IMG/VR virus record: IMGVR_UViG_3300010401_000003
Span: 1-64,000 of that record
Strand: one strand, 5' to 3'
Length of the DNA stretch: 64,000 bases
DNA from: a virus
Part shown: piece after piece, positions 10,828 to 20,784 of the stretch
How the letters are laid out: each line of letters opens with the position of its first letter
Numbering within the stretch: position 1 is the stretch's first letter
Made by a program: the position numbers and the translations under genes
Notes under the pieces: model-generated
The model's database searches: none
What the model saw: the letters and a program-made list of their open reading frames with translations, nothing else
What the model was told of the DNA's origin: nothing

Positions 10828-11433
10828 TCACGTGCTGCCGCGCACGGGCAAGAGCGCGCGGATCGGGTGCTGGGTCAAAACCGGCTGGGCGCGGCCCACG
10901 GTCGCAGGCAGCGGGCCGCGGAAGGCCGCGAGCTCGGCGTTGGTCGCCGCGTCGGGTGTCCACGCTCCGTTTGAATAGCGGTAGAAGCCGCAATCCATTT
11001 TCGAAAACGCGCGCGCGCTCGGGTCGGAGGTGAATTCCGATTTCGCGGCCGTCCAGGTCGAGACGGCTTGGTTTTCCACGTACCAGAGGTGATATCCCTT
11101 CGCTTGCTCGAAGGCGGTGAGCTCCTCGAAGGAAGCGCAAGCGGCCGCGGCAGGGGCGCTCTCTTTCTTCAACGCCCAGGCGACGCCGAAGACCACCACC
11201 GCGCCGATCGCGATCGCGAGGAGCGTGCCAGCCGGATCGGCATTCTCCAACATGGCTTCGTCGTCCTTGCCTTCGCGGCGCAGGGCCGCGCGGCGCTCGG
11301 CGGCGCTCATCTTGTGGTACCAGAGCGCGCCGCACACCGCGCCCGGGTTTCGCGCAGAGCGTGAAGCGCCGCGCACGCAATCGCGCATCCACTTCTTGGG
11401 CGGACGCCGCGGGTTTTCCTGTGCCGCAGTCAT
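10828..11433 (-). CDS. Single-pass membrane protein with basic ENP/RNP-motif N-terminus
   Basis: MTAAQENPRRPPKK..ARNPG..MLENADP, then TM LLAIAIGAVVVFGVAWAL; TGATG overlap with the upstream gene. Confidence 0.7.
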   Translation of the reverse strand: MTAAQENPRRPPKKWMRDCVRGASRSARNPGAVCGALWYHKMSAAERRAALRREGKDDEAMLENADPAGTLLAIAIGAVVVFGVAWALKKESAPAAAACASFEELTAFEQAKGYHLWYVENQAVSTWTAAKSEFTSDPSARAFSKMDCGFYRYSNGAWTPDAATNAELAAFRGPLPATVGRAQPVLTQHPIRALLPVRGST

Positions 11434-12011
11434 CACAGAATCTTTTCGACCAGCGCGTAAGACAATCCGCCGAGCGCCGTCGCTGTGCCGGTCGCGCCGG
11501 TCACGCGAAGCTTGACGGTTTGGCCCGCGCTTCCCGTCGTCACGAAGGTCTCCGCCGTCGGTTGCGGCTGCACGCTGTTGGTGTTCGTGACCGGAGTCAG
11601 ATACGCGCCGTGGCCCGCATGGATCGGCAGGTTGGTGATCGCGTCGACCCACTCGATGCCGAAATTGACGGTTTCTCCGCTGAAGGTCGAAAGCGCGAAG
11701 TGCGCGCTCAGTCGAAAGGTGCCGCTCGGGCCGAGGGTGAAGATCCCCGTCGCGGGGTTGTACGCTATGTCGCCGAAGCCGGCGTCGTCGAAGCGAATGT
11801 CGGTGTTGTTCGCGAGGAGCTGTCCCGGGCCGAGCGCGTTGTACTCGGTTTGCACGAAGTTGCCGCTCTGCGACGGATGCGACGACTGACCGGACGATCC
11901 ACCTTGCAGCGATTCGACCGCGTCGCTGATTTTCTGCGCCCAGTTTCCGGCCGGCGAGGAAAGCTGAAGTTGTCCGCCGACGGCTTTCAACGCGTCTCTG
12001 ATCAGGCCCAT
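11433..12011 (-). CDS. Putative spike/fibre head protein (QLQLxSP N-module + C1q/BclA-like beta domain)
   Basis: Full-length paralog of 33357..33977; IAYNPATGIFTL..TFRLSAHF..TVKLRV. Confidence 0.6.
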   Translation of the reverse strand: MGLIRDALKAVGGQLQLSSPAGNWAQKISDAVESLQGGSSGQSSHPSQSGNFVQTEYNALGPGQLLANNTDIRFDDAGFGDIAYNPATGIFTLGPSGTFRLSAHFALSTFSGETVNFGIEWVDAITNLPIHAGHGAYLTPVTNTNSVQPQPTAETFVTTGSAGQTVKLRVTGATGTATALGGLSYALVEKIL

Positions 12012-12015
12012 GTGC

Positions 12016-12300
12016 TCAACTCCCTTTCCAAAACCAGTACGCCAATCCTACCAGCACCGCGACCACTCCGATCGCCGCGGGCGATAGGCCCGCGCCCGAA
12101 GTCTTCGGGGAGGCCGAAGGGTTGGGCGATGGAGAAAGACCAGAGGCAGGGAGGGGGGAAGAGCCGGTCGTGCCCATGAAGTCGGGCGGAAGAATCACGC
12201 TCTTCGCACATTGTCCTACCGCAGCGAGATTGCCGGAGCTCGAGAGTACTCGCCGCCCCTGCCGCGGAACGATCGCTTGGATTGGGTGAAAACCCAACAT
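12016..12300 (-). CDS. Small C-terminally anchored membrane protein
   Basis: Ser/Pro linker, then AAIGVVAVLVGLAYWFWK. Confidence 0.6.
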   Translation of the reverse strand: MLGFHPIQAIVPRQGRRVLSSSGNLAAVGQCAKSVILPPDFMGTTGSSPLPASGLSPSPNPSASPKTSGAGLSPAAIGVVAVLVGLAYWFWKGS

Positions 12301-12301
12301 T

Positions 12302-13075
12302 TCAGCCTACGTAGCACGCCGAGTCGGGTGCTTTGGGGTCGATCGCGTTCCAGCGGGCGGCGAGCGTCGCGATGAGAGCTGCAGGCATGACTGCCTTGGC
12401 CTGGTAGATGTGATCGGCCGTGCCCATCGGTATGTCCCTGTTTTCAAAGCCGTAAATGATGAGACCGCCGCGGCGGCGCGGAGGCTTTGAGGGTGGGATT
12501 GGGTAGGCGACGGTGCGATCCGGCCCGGTCACCGGTCCGCCTTGCACGTGGACGCTGGTCGGGAGGATCGGCAAGACCGGCGCTTTGGGGTCTTCCGAGG
12601 GCGCCAGGCCGCCGCTCAGCGTTTTCCAGAGCCAATCCGCGGTTTCGGTCGTGCTCGCGTAAGTGGGTTTTACGGCCGAATGGGTGATGGTGAAGAGGCG
12701 CTCGTTGAGAAACGCGAGCTTGGCGAAGTTCAGCCAATTGGTCATCGCGGCGGGGGTGATGGGTTTTCCCGTGTGGATTCCATCGATTGCCACCGCCGCG
12801 TCCAAATGGCCGCCATCGCTCGAGGCCAAGAGCGAATGCACGCCTTGACACGAGGCAGAAAACCCCAGCGTCGCAATCCGCAGCGGCGTCACCCCGGGCG
12901 CGAATTTCGCGACGATCGCTCGTACCGGGGATGGCGAGGAATAGCTTGCGAGCGGTTGCCCCCAGCTCGCCGGATTCGGCAGCACCAGAAAACGCGTCGG
13001 CCGCTGAAACGCGGCCTTGGCCGCCTCGGGAAATCCAGAGTGCGCCCAGGCAATCACGATGTCCGCGTCGGCCAT
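12302..13075 (-). CDS. Putative alpha/beta-hydrolase-fold protein
   Basis: Nucleophile-elbow-like LGFSASCQG, AVAIDGIH, C-terminal ADHIYQ. Confidence 0.45.
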   Translation of the reverse strand: MADADIVIAWAHSGFPEAAKAAFQRPTRFLVLPNPASWGQPLASYSSPSPVRAIVAKFAPGVTPLRIATLGFSASCQGVHSLLASSDGGHLDAAVAIDGIHTGKPITPAAMTNWLNFAKLAFLNERLFTITHSAVKPTYASTTETADWLWKTLSGGLAPSEDPKAPVLPILPTSVHVQGGPVTGPDRTVAYPIPPSKPPRRRGGLIIYGFENRDIPMGTADHIYQAKAVMPAALIATLAARWNAIDPKAPDSACYVG

Positions 13076-13086
13076 CGAAGAGAAGG

Positions 13087-14928
13087 TTACCGCTTTTTCC
13101 GGCGGTTCGGAAGGCGGCGCCGGCGGCGCGGCGCGGGCGGCGGCGGCAATGGGTCCTTCGCGCGCTCGGCGCCGACCGCTAAAATTGCAATGAGCGCGAG
13201 CGCGAAGGCGCCCGCGGCCAGCCATTTCACCCAACGGAGGTCTTCGGCCGGCTTTTCTTCGGCGACCGGGATCGCGGCGAGCTCGCGGGTCACCACGGGT
13301 AATGCTGCTCGCAACGTCTCGGGCACCGGCAACGTCACCGCCGCCGGGATCTTCGGCACGCGCGCGAAGCGCTCGCGACTGAACGGATCCGCATAGCCGA
13401 ACGGGATCCGCTCGAGCGGATCGGCGTAGTGCCAGCGCCCGTCCGCCCAAACAGCGACCAGAATGCGCTCGTCGCGGATTTGATAGGTGTGCGCCACGAT
13501 CGCCGCATGAAGGCCCGCATCGATGTAGCCCGCGGCGAGCAAGCTCGAGAGTTGGAGGTCCGATCCGGGACTGCCGCGCACGGCGTCGAGGAGCTCCGCG
13601 GCGCGCTTGGTTTCGCTCTTCACTTTTCGCGCGTAGTAACGGCCCCACTCGAGGACATCGAGACGCTCTGCCTCGAGCGCGGACTTTTCAGCGATCGCGT
13701 CGACATCGGCAGCTGGCGCGGTTTCTCCATAGGTGTCGATCGGGGCGAAGTAGAACGATCCGCCTCCGGCGGCCGTCGAGCTCGACGACGGCGCGATCGG
13801 TTTTGGTTTGGTCGGTACGATCGGTTTCGGTTTGGGCGGCGTCGGAGGCGTCGGAGGCGTGAGACTGATGAGTGCGCCGGTTTGCGCAAAGGACGCGGAC
13901 AGTGTGCCGGCGATGTCTGTGCGGGTCGTCAGATCGCCGGATTGACCAAAGCTTGCGGCCGTTACAGCCGCGAACGCACCGACGCCCGCGAGCGTGGCCG
14001 ATTGAGAGAAGAGCGCGGCGGAGACGGCGACGAGCGGCGCCTCCGCAGTTAAATCGCCCGTTTCTCCGAAAAGCGCGGCCGACGTCGTCAGAAGCGCGCC
14101 GGCCGCGTCGAGTGCGCCACTCTCGCTAAAGGTCGCGGCGGTCAAAGTCAGAAGCGCGCCGGCGCCGCTGAGATCGCCGGATTCGAGGAAAGTCGCCGCG
14201 GCCTGTCCGAGAAGGGCGGTGTTCGAGAGAGAGGCGGTCTGATCGAAGATCGCGGCGGCGGACGCTAAGAGAGCGCCAGACGCTTCTAGAGTCGCTGATT
14301 GAGAGAAGAGCGCGGAGGAGAGGCTCGCGAGGTCGCCTGCGCCGGCGAGCGCGCCCGTTTGGCCGAACAAAGCCGAGGTGATGCCTGCGAATGGTCCCGT
14401 CCCGGTCAGCGACTCCGTTTGACCGAAGACGGCGGAGATCGAGCCGGCGAGGGCGCCCGCGGCCGTGAGATTGCCGGTCTGGGAAAAGGTGGCTGGGTTA
14501 TTTGCGGCGAGCGCGCCGGAGGCCGTGAGAGCGCCAGTCTGGTTAAACGCGGCGGGGGTCGTTCCTGCGAGTGCCCCGGAGCCGGTCAGATTTCCCGTTT
14601 GATTGAATGCGGCCGAGCTCGTCGCGGACAACGCGCCCGCTCCGGTCAAATTGCCGGTTTGCGCGAAAGTCGCGGCGTTGGTGGCGGCGAGGGCGCCGGT
14701 GCCGCTCAAAGATCCGGATTGGCCAAAGACCGCGTCGCTTACCGCTGCGAGCGCGCCGGCTCCGGCCAGGTTTCCGGTTTGGCCAAAGAGCGCATCGGAA
14801 GTCGCAGAGAGCGAGTTGTCTCCGGAAAGGGAAAGGCCCGTCGCCAGCGGATGAATGACGTTGGAAATCGCGATCGCGGTCCGCGATCCCGGCACCAGCG
14901 AAACTATCGGGCGAAACGCCGCAGGCAT
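13087..14928 (-). CDS. Membrane-anchored repeat fibre fused to an inactivated transglutaminase-like domain
   Basis: ~16 x 20-aa repeats, Pro/Lys hinge, domain aligning to 50177..50923 (DGRWHYADP), TM helix, Arg-rich tail. Confidence 0.75.
   Translation of the reverse strand: MPAAFRPIVSLVPGSRTAIAISNVIHPLATGLSLSGDNSLSATSDALFGQTGNLAGAGALAAVSDAVFGQSGSLSGTGALAATNAATFAQTGNLTGAGALSATSSAAFNQTGNLTGSGALAGTTPAAFNQTGALTASGALAANNPATFSQTGNLTAAGALAGSISAVFGQTESLTGTGPFAGITSALFGQTGALAGAGDLASLSSALFSQSATLEASGALLASAAAIFDQTASLSNTALLGQAAATFLESGDLSGAGALLTLTAATFSESGALDAAGALLTTSAALFGETGDLTAEAPLVAVSAALFSQSATLAGVGAFAAVTAASFGQSGDLTTRTDIAGTLSASFAQTGALISLTPPTPPTPPKPKPIVPTKPKPIAPSSSSTAAGGGSFYFAPIDTYGETAPAADVDAIAEKSALEAERLDVLEWGRYYARKVKSETKRAAELLDAVRGSPGSDLQLSSLLAAGYIDAGLHAAIVAHTYQIRDERILVAVWADGRWHYADPLERIPFGYADPFSRERFARVPKIPAAVTLPVPETLRAALPVVTRELAAIPVAEEKPAEDLRWVKWLAAGAFALALIAILAVGAERAKDPLPPPPAPRRRRRLPNRRKKR
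13860..14800 (-). repeat. Coding tandem repeat, ~16 copies of a 60-bp / 20-aa unit (xAxFxQTGxLxGxGALxAxx)
   Basis: e.g. SDALFGQTGNLAGAGALAAV, NAATFAQTGNLTGAGALSAT, TPAAFNQTGALTASGALAAN. Confidence 0.9.
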
Positions 14929-14943
14929 GGCCGCGTCAGCCTA

Positions 14944-15717
14944 TCAGTTGCGTGATGCGTACATCATCCACTGCGGAGTCAAGGTGTTCGAGGCGCTCGA
15001 GGTGCCCCAGATCACCGAGACACTCAAGCCCTGCGCGACCGTCTGATCGATGGTCGTCGGAATGAGGCCGCCAAAAACGCAGGTGGCCACCGTGGTCGCC
15101 GCAGCTGCGCCGGCACAGATCACAAATCCCGACCCGGTGATGGTCGCCGTGCTCGCGGCGACTCCAATTGAGCGGCAACCAAAGATTCCGGAGCCGTGGA
15201 AAGGCTGGGCTGTGAATGTGCCCAGCGTCATCGTCGGCCCAACGCCGAGGTCGACTCCGGTCGGCGGCGCGGCGTTATTCGTGCCGCAGCGGGCGCGAAA
15301 GCTGATCGCCGGTGTGCCGGTCGTCCCGTGCACGCCGCCGAAGTCGAGTTGCCAGGCACGGCCGCTTCGGATTTCGCCCACGGGGAGCGGCGCGAGAACG
15401 CCCGGATCCCAAAGGTTGGTTTCGGTGACCGTCGTGTTGATCGCTGCGCGGAGCGAAGCGGAAGGAAACTCGGTGTAGTCGCTCGAGGTGAAGCCCTGCT
15501 TCGAGCACAGCGCTTCGGAGAAGCGCTCTTCCTGCATACGAGCGAGGATTTTTTTGACCTGCTCCGGTGCGCGATCGAAGAGCCATGCGCGATGATACGG
15601 CCCGAACATCACGCCAGCGGCTTGCTCGCGCTCGATCGCCCAACGGGGATCGAACTCTCGAGTTATTTTTTCGAGGTCGATCCCGTGTTCGTGGCTGACT
15701 AGCTCGATGAGGCGCAT
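14944..15717 (-). CDS. Beta-rich putative virion structural protein
   Basis: Thr/Gly-rich alternating strands; lies in the fibre module. Confidence 0.55.
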   Translation of the reverse strand: MRLIELVSHEHGIDLEKITREFDPRWAIEREQAAGVMFGPYHRAWLFDRAPEQVKKILARMQEERFSEALCSKQGFTSSDYTEFPSASLRAAINTTVTETNLWDPGVLAPLPVGEIRSGRAWQLDFGGVHGTTGTPAISFRARCGTNNAAPPTGVDLGVGPTMTLGTFTAQPFHGSGIFGCRSIGVAASTATITGSGFVICAGAAAATTVATCVFGGLIPTTIDQTVAQGLSVSVIWGTSSASNTLTPQWMMYASRN

Positions 15718-15718
15718 G

Positions 15719-16167
15719 TCAATCCACGGTGCAAACGAGAGCACCGATCGCGAACGATGGGGTGATGCCGGGGTTTATGACGAGCGAGGCCGTCAGCGCG
15801 CCGTACCAGAGCATTTCACCCGCGCCGCTCGTGTCGCGGCCGACGTTGAAGTGCGTCATGGTCTGCGGGCCGCTTCCCGCCGACGCGTAGGTGATTGCGG
15901 CGACGTTTGCCGACTGCGTCGGGGCCGTGCCCGACACAGTCCAGCCGCCCGCCGAGCGCGCCACGGGCACGCGGGCGTAGTTGGTCCAGGTCGCTTCGTT
16001 GGTGAGCTGGGTGCCGGTTTCGCCCGGGTCGGCGGTTTGAAGCCCTATGAAGAACGATCCGGCCGTGGTGCTTCGCGGAGCCCCGTGGCATCGCCGAGGT
16101 TTGCCCAGTTGGTGTTGTTGAAGATCAACAACATCAGGTCGTTCTCGGCGGCGTTTCCTAAGCTCAT
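15719..16167 (-). pseudogene. Phage fibre-associated structural gene interrupted by a 1-nt frameshift near 16074
   Basis: MSLGNAAENDLMLLIFNNTNWANLGDATGLR continues in another frame as STTAGSFFIGLQTADPGETG..NEATWTNYARVPVAR; one added G restores ..LRGSTTAG.. Confidence 0.75.
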
Positions 16168-16702
16168 GATTTGGCTCCCAGGTCAGCTTCACGAACGAGC
16201 CTGTCGACTTCGGCCCAGAGATCCTTCCCATGTTTCTTCTGCCGGTAATGCACGTCGTCCGGATCTTCGCCACTGGCGGCGGGAGGGGTCGGCAACTGTG
16301 CATGGAGCGCCTCGAACACCTTGGTGCGCGTGGCGCGCACGAGCGCCTCTTCTAGCGGCAGGTCGCCATGGACGCGGCGATCGCGCTCGTGCTTCATGAT
16401 CTCGGCCTGATAGAGAGATTGGACGTCCGCCTCGGTGAGGGTGTGCTTCATTTGGGGTGCCTCTTCATTTCTCCGAGCACGAAGGCCGCAACGTCCTTCA
16501 TGTCGACTCGGCCGTCCTTGGTTTGGCACTTCTCCATGGCTTCGGTGAGAAGCCTCGAAAGCGCGTCGATCGCAGTCGTGTCTTCCACGATCTGGTCGAG
16601 ACGCTCGACCGCGGATTTGCCATACAACAGGCGCATCCGCTGGCGCAGACCCGGCGTCGGGCGGGCGACTCCGGAGAGCACGCCGTTGTCAACGACTTTC
16701 AT
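16164..16702 (-). CDS. Two small hypothetical genes (16448..16702 and 16164..16451)
   Basis: ATGA-coupled ORFs. Confidence 0.55.
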
Positions 16703-16759
16703 CGCCCCAAGAGTAGCCCCATTTCAGTCCGCGTAGCACGCGGTAATCGGGCTAACCGC

Positions 16760-17140
16760 TCAGCAGCGCTCGATTTTGAAGTCCATGACGATGCCGCCGG
16801 CAGTCGGCGCCGCGAAGGCTACCTGAAATCCAATGGTCGCCTTGGCGGGGATCGCGAATTGCTGCAAGTTGCCCCCGAGCATGGTGCCGATCACGATGTA
16901 GTTGGTGTCGGGTTGCACGCAGCCCTCGGGGAACGGCACGAACTGACTCACCTGTCCGTTGGCGATCGGAACGTGTAGGAGACAGCAGCCGCCCGCCGCG
17001 GGCGCGTCATCGCCACCCAGATTGCCGCCACCTAAGCCAGCGACCGCTTGAGCCAAACGCATGAGAGCTCGGCCTAGCGGCGATCCAAGCTGCACTTGGC
17101 TGCCCACATTTTTGACGATGTCTTCGATTGCTGTTGCCAT
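16760..17140 (-). CDS. Small structural protein with QLQLxSP N-module
   Basis: IEDIVKNVGSQVQLGSPLG; C-terminal QPDTNYIV..KATIGFQV resembles fibre beta-domains. Confidence 0.6.
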   Translation of the reverse strand: MATAIEDIVKNVGSQVQLGSPLGRALMRLAQAVAGLGGGNLGGDDAPAAGGCCLLHVPIANGQVSQFVPFPEGCVQPDTNYIVIGTMLGGNLQQFAIPAKATIGFQVAFAAPTAGGIVMDFKIERC

Positions 17141-17451
17141 GATTTGTCTCCCTTACTACTTCACCGGCACCGCGACGACCAGCGCGAGAGCGCCGTCCGG
17201 ATCGTCGTAGGCGAATTTTGGGGTGTCCGAGGGGTCTTCGGGATCTCGCGGCAACTCGCGGCGCGCGGCGTTCCAGCCGTCATCGGTGTAAGCGCGGCAC
17301 TCGCCGGTCGCGTCGATCAGATGCGTGTGAAGGCTTCCCCTGTAGCCGAGCTCGGCGGCCGCGGCATGCAGGATGTCACTCACGTCGTCGCCATCGAACA
17401 CGTTCGGGGGGTACGTTTTTCCAACGACTGTGATCGCGTAGGCCATGGGTT

Positions 17452-19119
17452 TCACCAGTATCCGTACATGTGGATAAAATCCATTTGGTTATTGGTGGCG
17501 CCCTTCGAGCTCTGCACGCAGGTCGGACGAAGGTTGGTGGTGTTGAGCGGCAGCGTCGCGGAAATGTCTGCGTCGTGCACGACGGTGTTGGTAGAACGAT
17601 TGATCAGCGTCGTGTGGATCTTGGTGTCATTGGGGAGCGCCCACATCTGCACCTCGAACACGCAGGGTCCGGCCGTGTTTGGGTCGCCGGTCACGAGCGA
17701 AGCTTTGGTGATGATTGCGGCCGACTTGGTGCTCCCACCGACGTTGTCAGTGCTGATGACGGTGATGTTGGCGTCTCCGGTGTCGGCTCCATAGACGACC
17801 CGGTTACCGCTCGCGCTCGGGTTGGCACCTCCGGCGATCACGGCGTTGTTGATGCCGATGGAAATGATCGAGTCGGTTTGGATGACCGCGACCGCGAAGC
17901 GGAAGCAAACGAAGAACCCACCCACTCCCGCGACGGCACCGCGGCACATGCCGGGGTCGGTGAAGTTTTGGCCGACGAGAATGTTGGCCGTCGAGGTCGT
18001 GGTGTTGTTGCGCGGGCTCGAGGTGCGGAGATCGGTGTTGGTCGGCGAAACGGTCGTCACGCCGGTCAGGGCGTTCGTGGTGAGACCGAGACTGTCTTGC
18101 AGACCGCCGTTGCTGCGCGGGATCACGTAACGAAAAGAACGCGACAGGACCGCGGTGCCCACTAACGCTTGAGGGATGCGAGCGAAAGAGGCGGTGGAAG
18201 CTCCTGCCTGGAGCGCCGCCGACACCTGCACGTCGTCGGCGTTGACGACGACGGAGCCATCGGCGTTTTGGCCGACGTCAAAGGTGCGATTGGCGGAGAG
18301 GTCGCCGCCGCCTGTCAGACCCGCTCCAGCTGTCAGCGTGCGCGCGGGTTGCACGCTGGTCGCTCCGAGCGCGGCTCCCGATTGGATCGCGGCGGACACC
18401 TGCACGTCGTTGGCGTTTACGACTACCGAGCCGTCAGCATTTTGGCCGACGTTGAAGGTGCGATCGGCGGAGAGGTCGCCGCCGCCCGTCAGGCCCGCGC
18501 CAGCCGTCAGCGTGCGCGTGTTCGGGACGGAGAAGGCTACGAGAGAGTCGAGTGCGGCCTTGTCGGCCGCGCTCATGAAGCCCGCGACGAGGTTGGTGGC
18601 TATTGCGTGGAGGGCGCCGCCAGAAAGGTTTCCGTGGTTTGCGTCAGCGATGACGCCCACACGGATGTCGTCCGCGCCGACGATGATCGTGCCGTCGGCG
18701 GCGACGATGTTAAACGTGCGATCTGCCGAGAGCTCGCCGCCGCCGGTCATGCCCGCGCCGGCCGTCAAGGTGCGTGTGACCGGAACGTACGGACCACCCG
18801 CGACCAGCGCATCGAGCTGTGCCTTGTCGAGGGCAGACATGAAGCCAGCGACCAGCGGCGTCGCCAGATCGTGGAGCGTGCCGCCCGGAAGATTTCCGTG
18901 CGCGTGGACGTGATCCGCGCGCGACGCAAAGAACGAGTTCCCTCCGGACCCGACGACCCCAACGGGCATCGCGGAGTTTCCGAACGGAGTCGCTCCGCCC
19001 GCAGCGATGATGCCCGCGTCGGCGAGACGCGAAATCAGTTGCATCCACACGCCGAGCGGCGACGACAGTTGGATCTGTCCGCTCGTGGCCTTCAGAACGT
19101 CTTCGACTAACCCGGACAT
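17452..19119 (-). CDS. Fibre/spike protein
   Basis: QLQLxSP N-module, ASRADHVHAH, 2x ATxLVAGFMSAxDK, 3x RTLTAGAGxTGGGxLSAxRTF fibre repeats, lectin-like C-terminal region. Confidence 0.8.
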   Translation of the reverse strand: MSGLVEDVLKATSGQIQLSSPLGVWMQLISRLADAGIIAAGGATPFGNSAMPVGVVGSGGNSFFASRADHVHAHGNLPGGTLHDLATPLVAGFMSALDKAQLDALVAGGPYVPVTRTLTAGAGMTGGGELSADRTFNIVAADGTIIVGADDIRVGVIADANHGNLSGGALHAIATNLVAGFMSAADKAALDSLVAFSVPNTRTLTAGAGLTGGGDLSADRTFNVGQNADGSVVVNANDVQVSAAIQSGAALGATSVQPARTLTAGAGLTGGGDLSANRTFDVGQNADGSVVVNADDVQVSAALQAGASTASFARIPQALVGTAVLSRSFRYVIPRSNGGLQDSLGLTTNALTGVTTVSPTNTDLRTSSPRNNTTTSTANILVGQNFTDPGMCRGAVAGVGGFFVCFRFAVAVIQTDSIISIGINNAVIAGGANPSASGNRVVYGADTGDANITVISTDNVGGSTKSAAIITKASLVTGDPNTAGPCVFEVQMWALPNDTKIHTTLINRSTNTVVHDADISATLPLNTTNLRPTCVQSSKGATNNQMDFIHMYGYW

Positions 19120-19121
19120 GG

Positions 19122-20780
19122 TTATGCGAACGCTACAATCATCGCGCCGTTGCCAGTGCCGACAGTCACGCCGTCGTAGCCGTTCATGTACGGGATCTGC
19201 GCCCAGGTGCGCGCAGTTCCGCCGACGTTCGCGTCGGTCGCTCCGGTGACCGTAGGTTTGGTCGTATACATCGTCTTGCCGCCAGAGCGCACGCGCATGC
19301 CGACTCCAGTCGAACCCGTTCCCCAGATCAGATCGTTGCCGCTAAAGAGTGCTGCGGCTCGCACGTTACCGTCTTCGATGAGGAGTCCATCGGCGCCAGC
19401 ATCGAACACCGCCATCGTTGCGACACGCAGCACGCCGTTGTAGCGCACGCGGATACCGTCATTACCGCTCTGGCTAAATAGCGTGTCGTAGTCGACGAAA
19501 AGGGTTGCCCCCGATTGCACCGACGGCCGTCCGCGCACGAGGCACGCGAAGAACGAGGTCGAGCTCGGCGCCGCTGCGATCACGACACCCGTGTCGATGA
19601 AGCACGTGCACAGGTTTGCATTGAAGGGCGGGTGCATGCGGCAGCCGTAGGCTACTGGCGCATTCGTGACCGTGCCGATCGGCAGCATCGAGATCGGGAT
19701 GTCGCTCTGGGTCAGGTAGACGTTCTGGAGGACAACCTGCGTGCCGTTCACGCTGGCGGCGCCGCCGTACTGCGCACTGATGTTATTGAGCGTGAGGTAG
19801 CCGATCGTCGTCAGGCTCTCGACTACGAACGTGTTTCCGGCCGCGACGTTGACGGGCGTCGGCGTGAAGGGCAGCGGGTTTGCCGCGAAGGACATCGTTG
19901 TCCATGGGCTCGTGCGGTACACGCCTCCGCCGAAGTCTCGATCCAACCACGCGATGGCGCCGGTGCTAGCGCCGCTCGTTGCGCGAATGCGCTGGCCGGT
20001 GCGGCCGGCGCCGAGGCCCGCCTCGGTGATCGCGCTCGCGGTTTGGGTGGCGCGGTTCAGGTTCGTGACGGCGGAGAAGCCTCCGCCTGGCGACGTGTAG
20101 ATCGTCGTCGCAACACCGGTGATGCGGAGTACGCCCGCTGACCCGAGGATGAAGTTGAAGATGCACGGGTCGGTCGCGGGGACGTTGTTGAGATAGGTGA
20201 CGGTGGTGTCGGCGACGATGTTCCAGATCGTTCCGACGCGACGCTGACGTTCAGCGTCGTGCTGGATTGCAGTGCCCGCAGTGAGCCCGTCGTTCGCATC
20301 ACTTCCTGCGACTGGATCGATAAACCAAGCCGTCTGGGCTCGCGAAGCTACGTTGCCTACGCCGAGAGCTGGGTTTATTTGCAGGTCGTTCGCGTTGACA
20401 AGGAGCGTTGCGTCAGCATTTGCGACAACATCGAATGTTCGGTTGGCGGAGAGATCGCCACCGCCGGTTAGACCGGCGCCGGCTGTGAGCGTGCGCGTGG
20501 GCTGCACAGCAGTCGCGCCAGCCGCGGAACCCGCCTGAATGGTCGGGTTCACTCGAATGTTGTCGCCGTTGACGATGATGGAGTTGTCGGGGTTTTGGCC
20601 GACCGCCAACTGCGTTCCATTGGGCACGAGCCCCGGGCCGGCGAGCGCGTTCACTTCACCGGCGGCGATCGAGACTATTTCATCAACACCTTGCGAAACC
20701 GCGAGAATCCACCGCCCGTGGCGACTCGCAAGCTGGAGTTCGCTTGCGAGGGACTTCGCTATATCGAGTATATTTCCCAT
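19122..20780 (-). CDS. Fibre/spike protein with probable beta-helix head
   Basis: N-module variant, TRTLTAGAGLTGGGDLSANRTF, WFIDPVAGSDANDGLT motif typical of pectin-lyase-like starts. Confidence 0.75.
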   Translation of the reverse strand: MGNILDIAKSLASELQLASRHGRWILAVSQGVDEIVSIAAGEVNALAGPGLVPNGTQLAVGQNPDNSIIVNGDNIRVNPTIQAGSAAGATAVQPTRTLTAGAGLTGGGDLSANRTFDVVANADATLLVNANDLQINPALGVGNVASRAQTAWFIDPVAGSDANDGLTAGTAIQHDAERQRRVGTIWNIVADTTVTYLNNVPATDPCIFNFILGSAGVLRITGVATTIYTSPGGGFSAVTNLNRATQTASAITEAGLGAGRTGQRIRATSGASTGAIAWLDRDFGGGVYRTSPWTTMSFAANPLPFTPTPVNVAAGNTFVVESLTTIGYLTLNNISAQYGGAASVNGTQVVLQNVYLTQSDIPISMLPIGTVTNAPVAYGCRMHPPFNANLCTCFIDTGVVIAAAPSSTSFFACLVRGRPSVQSGATLFVDYDTLFSQSGNDGIRVRYNGVLRVATMAVFDAGADGLLIEDGNVRAAALFSGNDLIWGTGSTGVGMRVRSGGKTMYTTKPTVTGATDANVGGTARTWAQIPYMNGYDGVTVGTGNGAMIVAFA

Positions 20781-20784
20781 GGCT

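Noticed and set aside
13860-14800. Possible CRISPR array or non-coding repeat
   Set aside because: Degenerate in-frame 60-bp coding repeats with no unique spacers and no cas genes
17452-20780. Diversity-generating retroelement TR/VR pair among the repeated fibre segments
   Set aside because: No reverse transcriptase recognised; repeats differ mostly at synonymous sites rather than adenines
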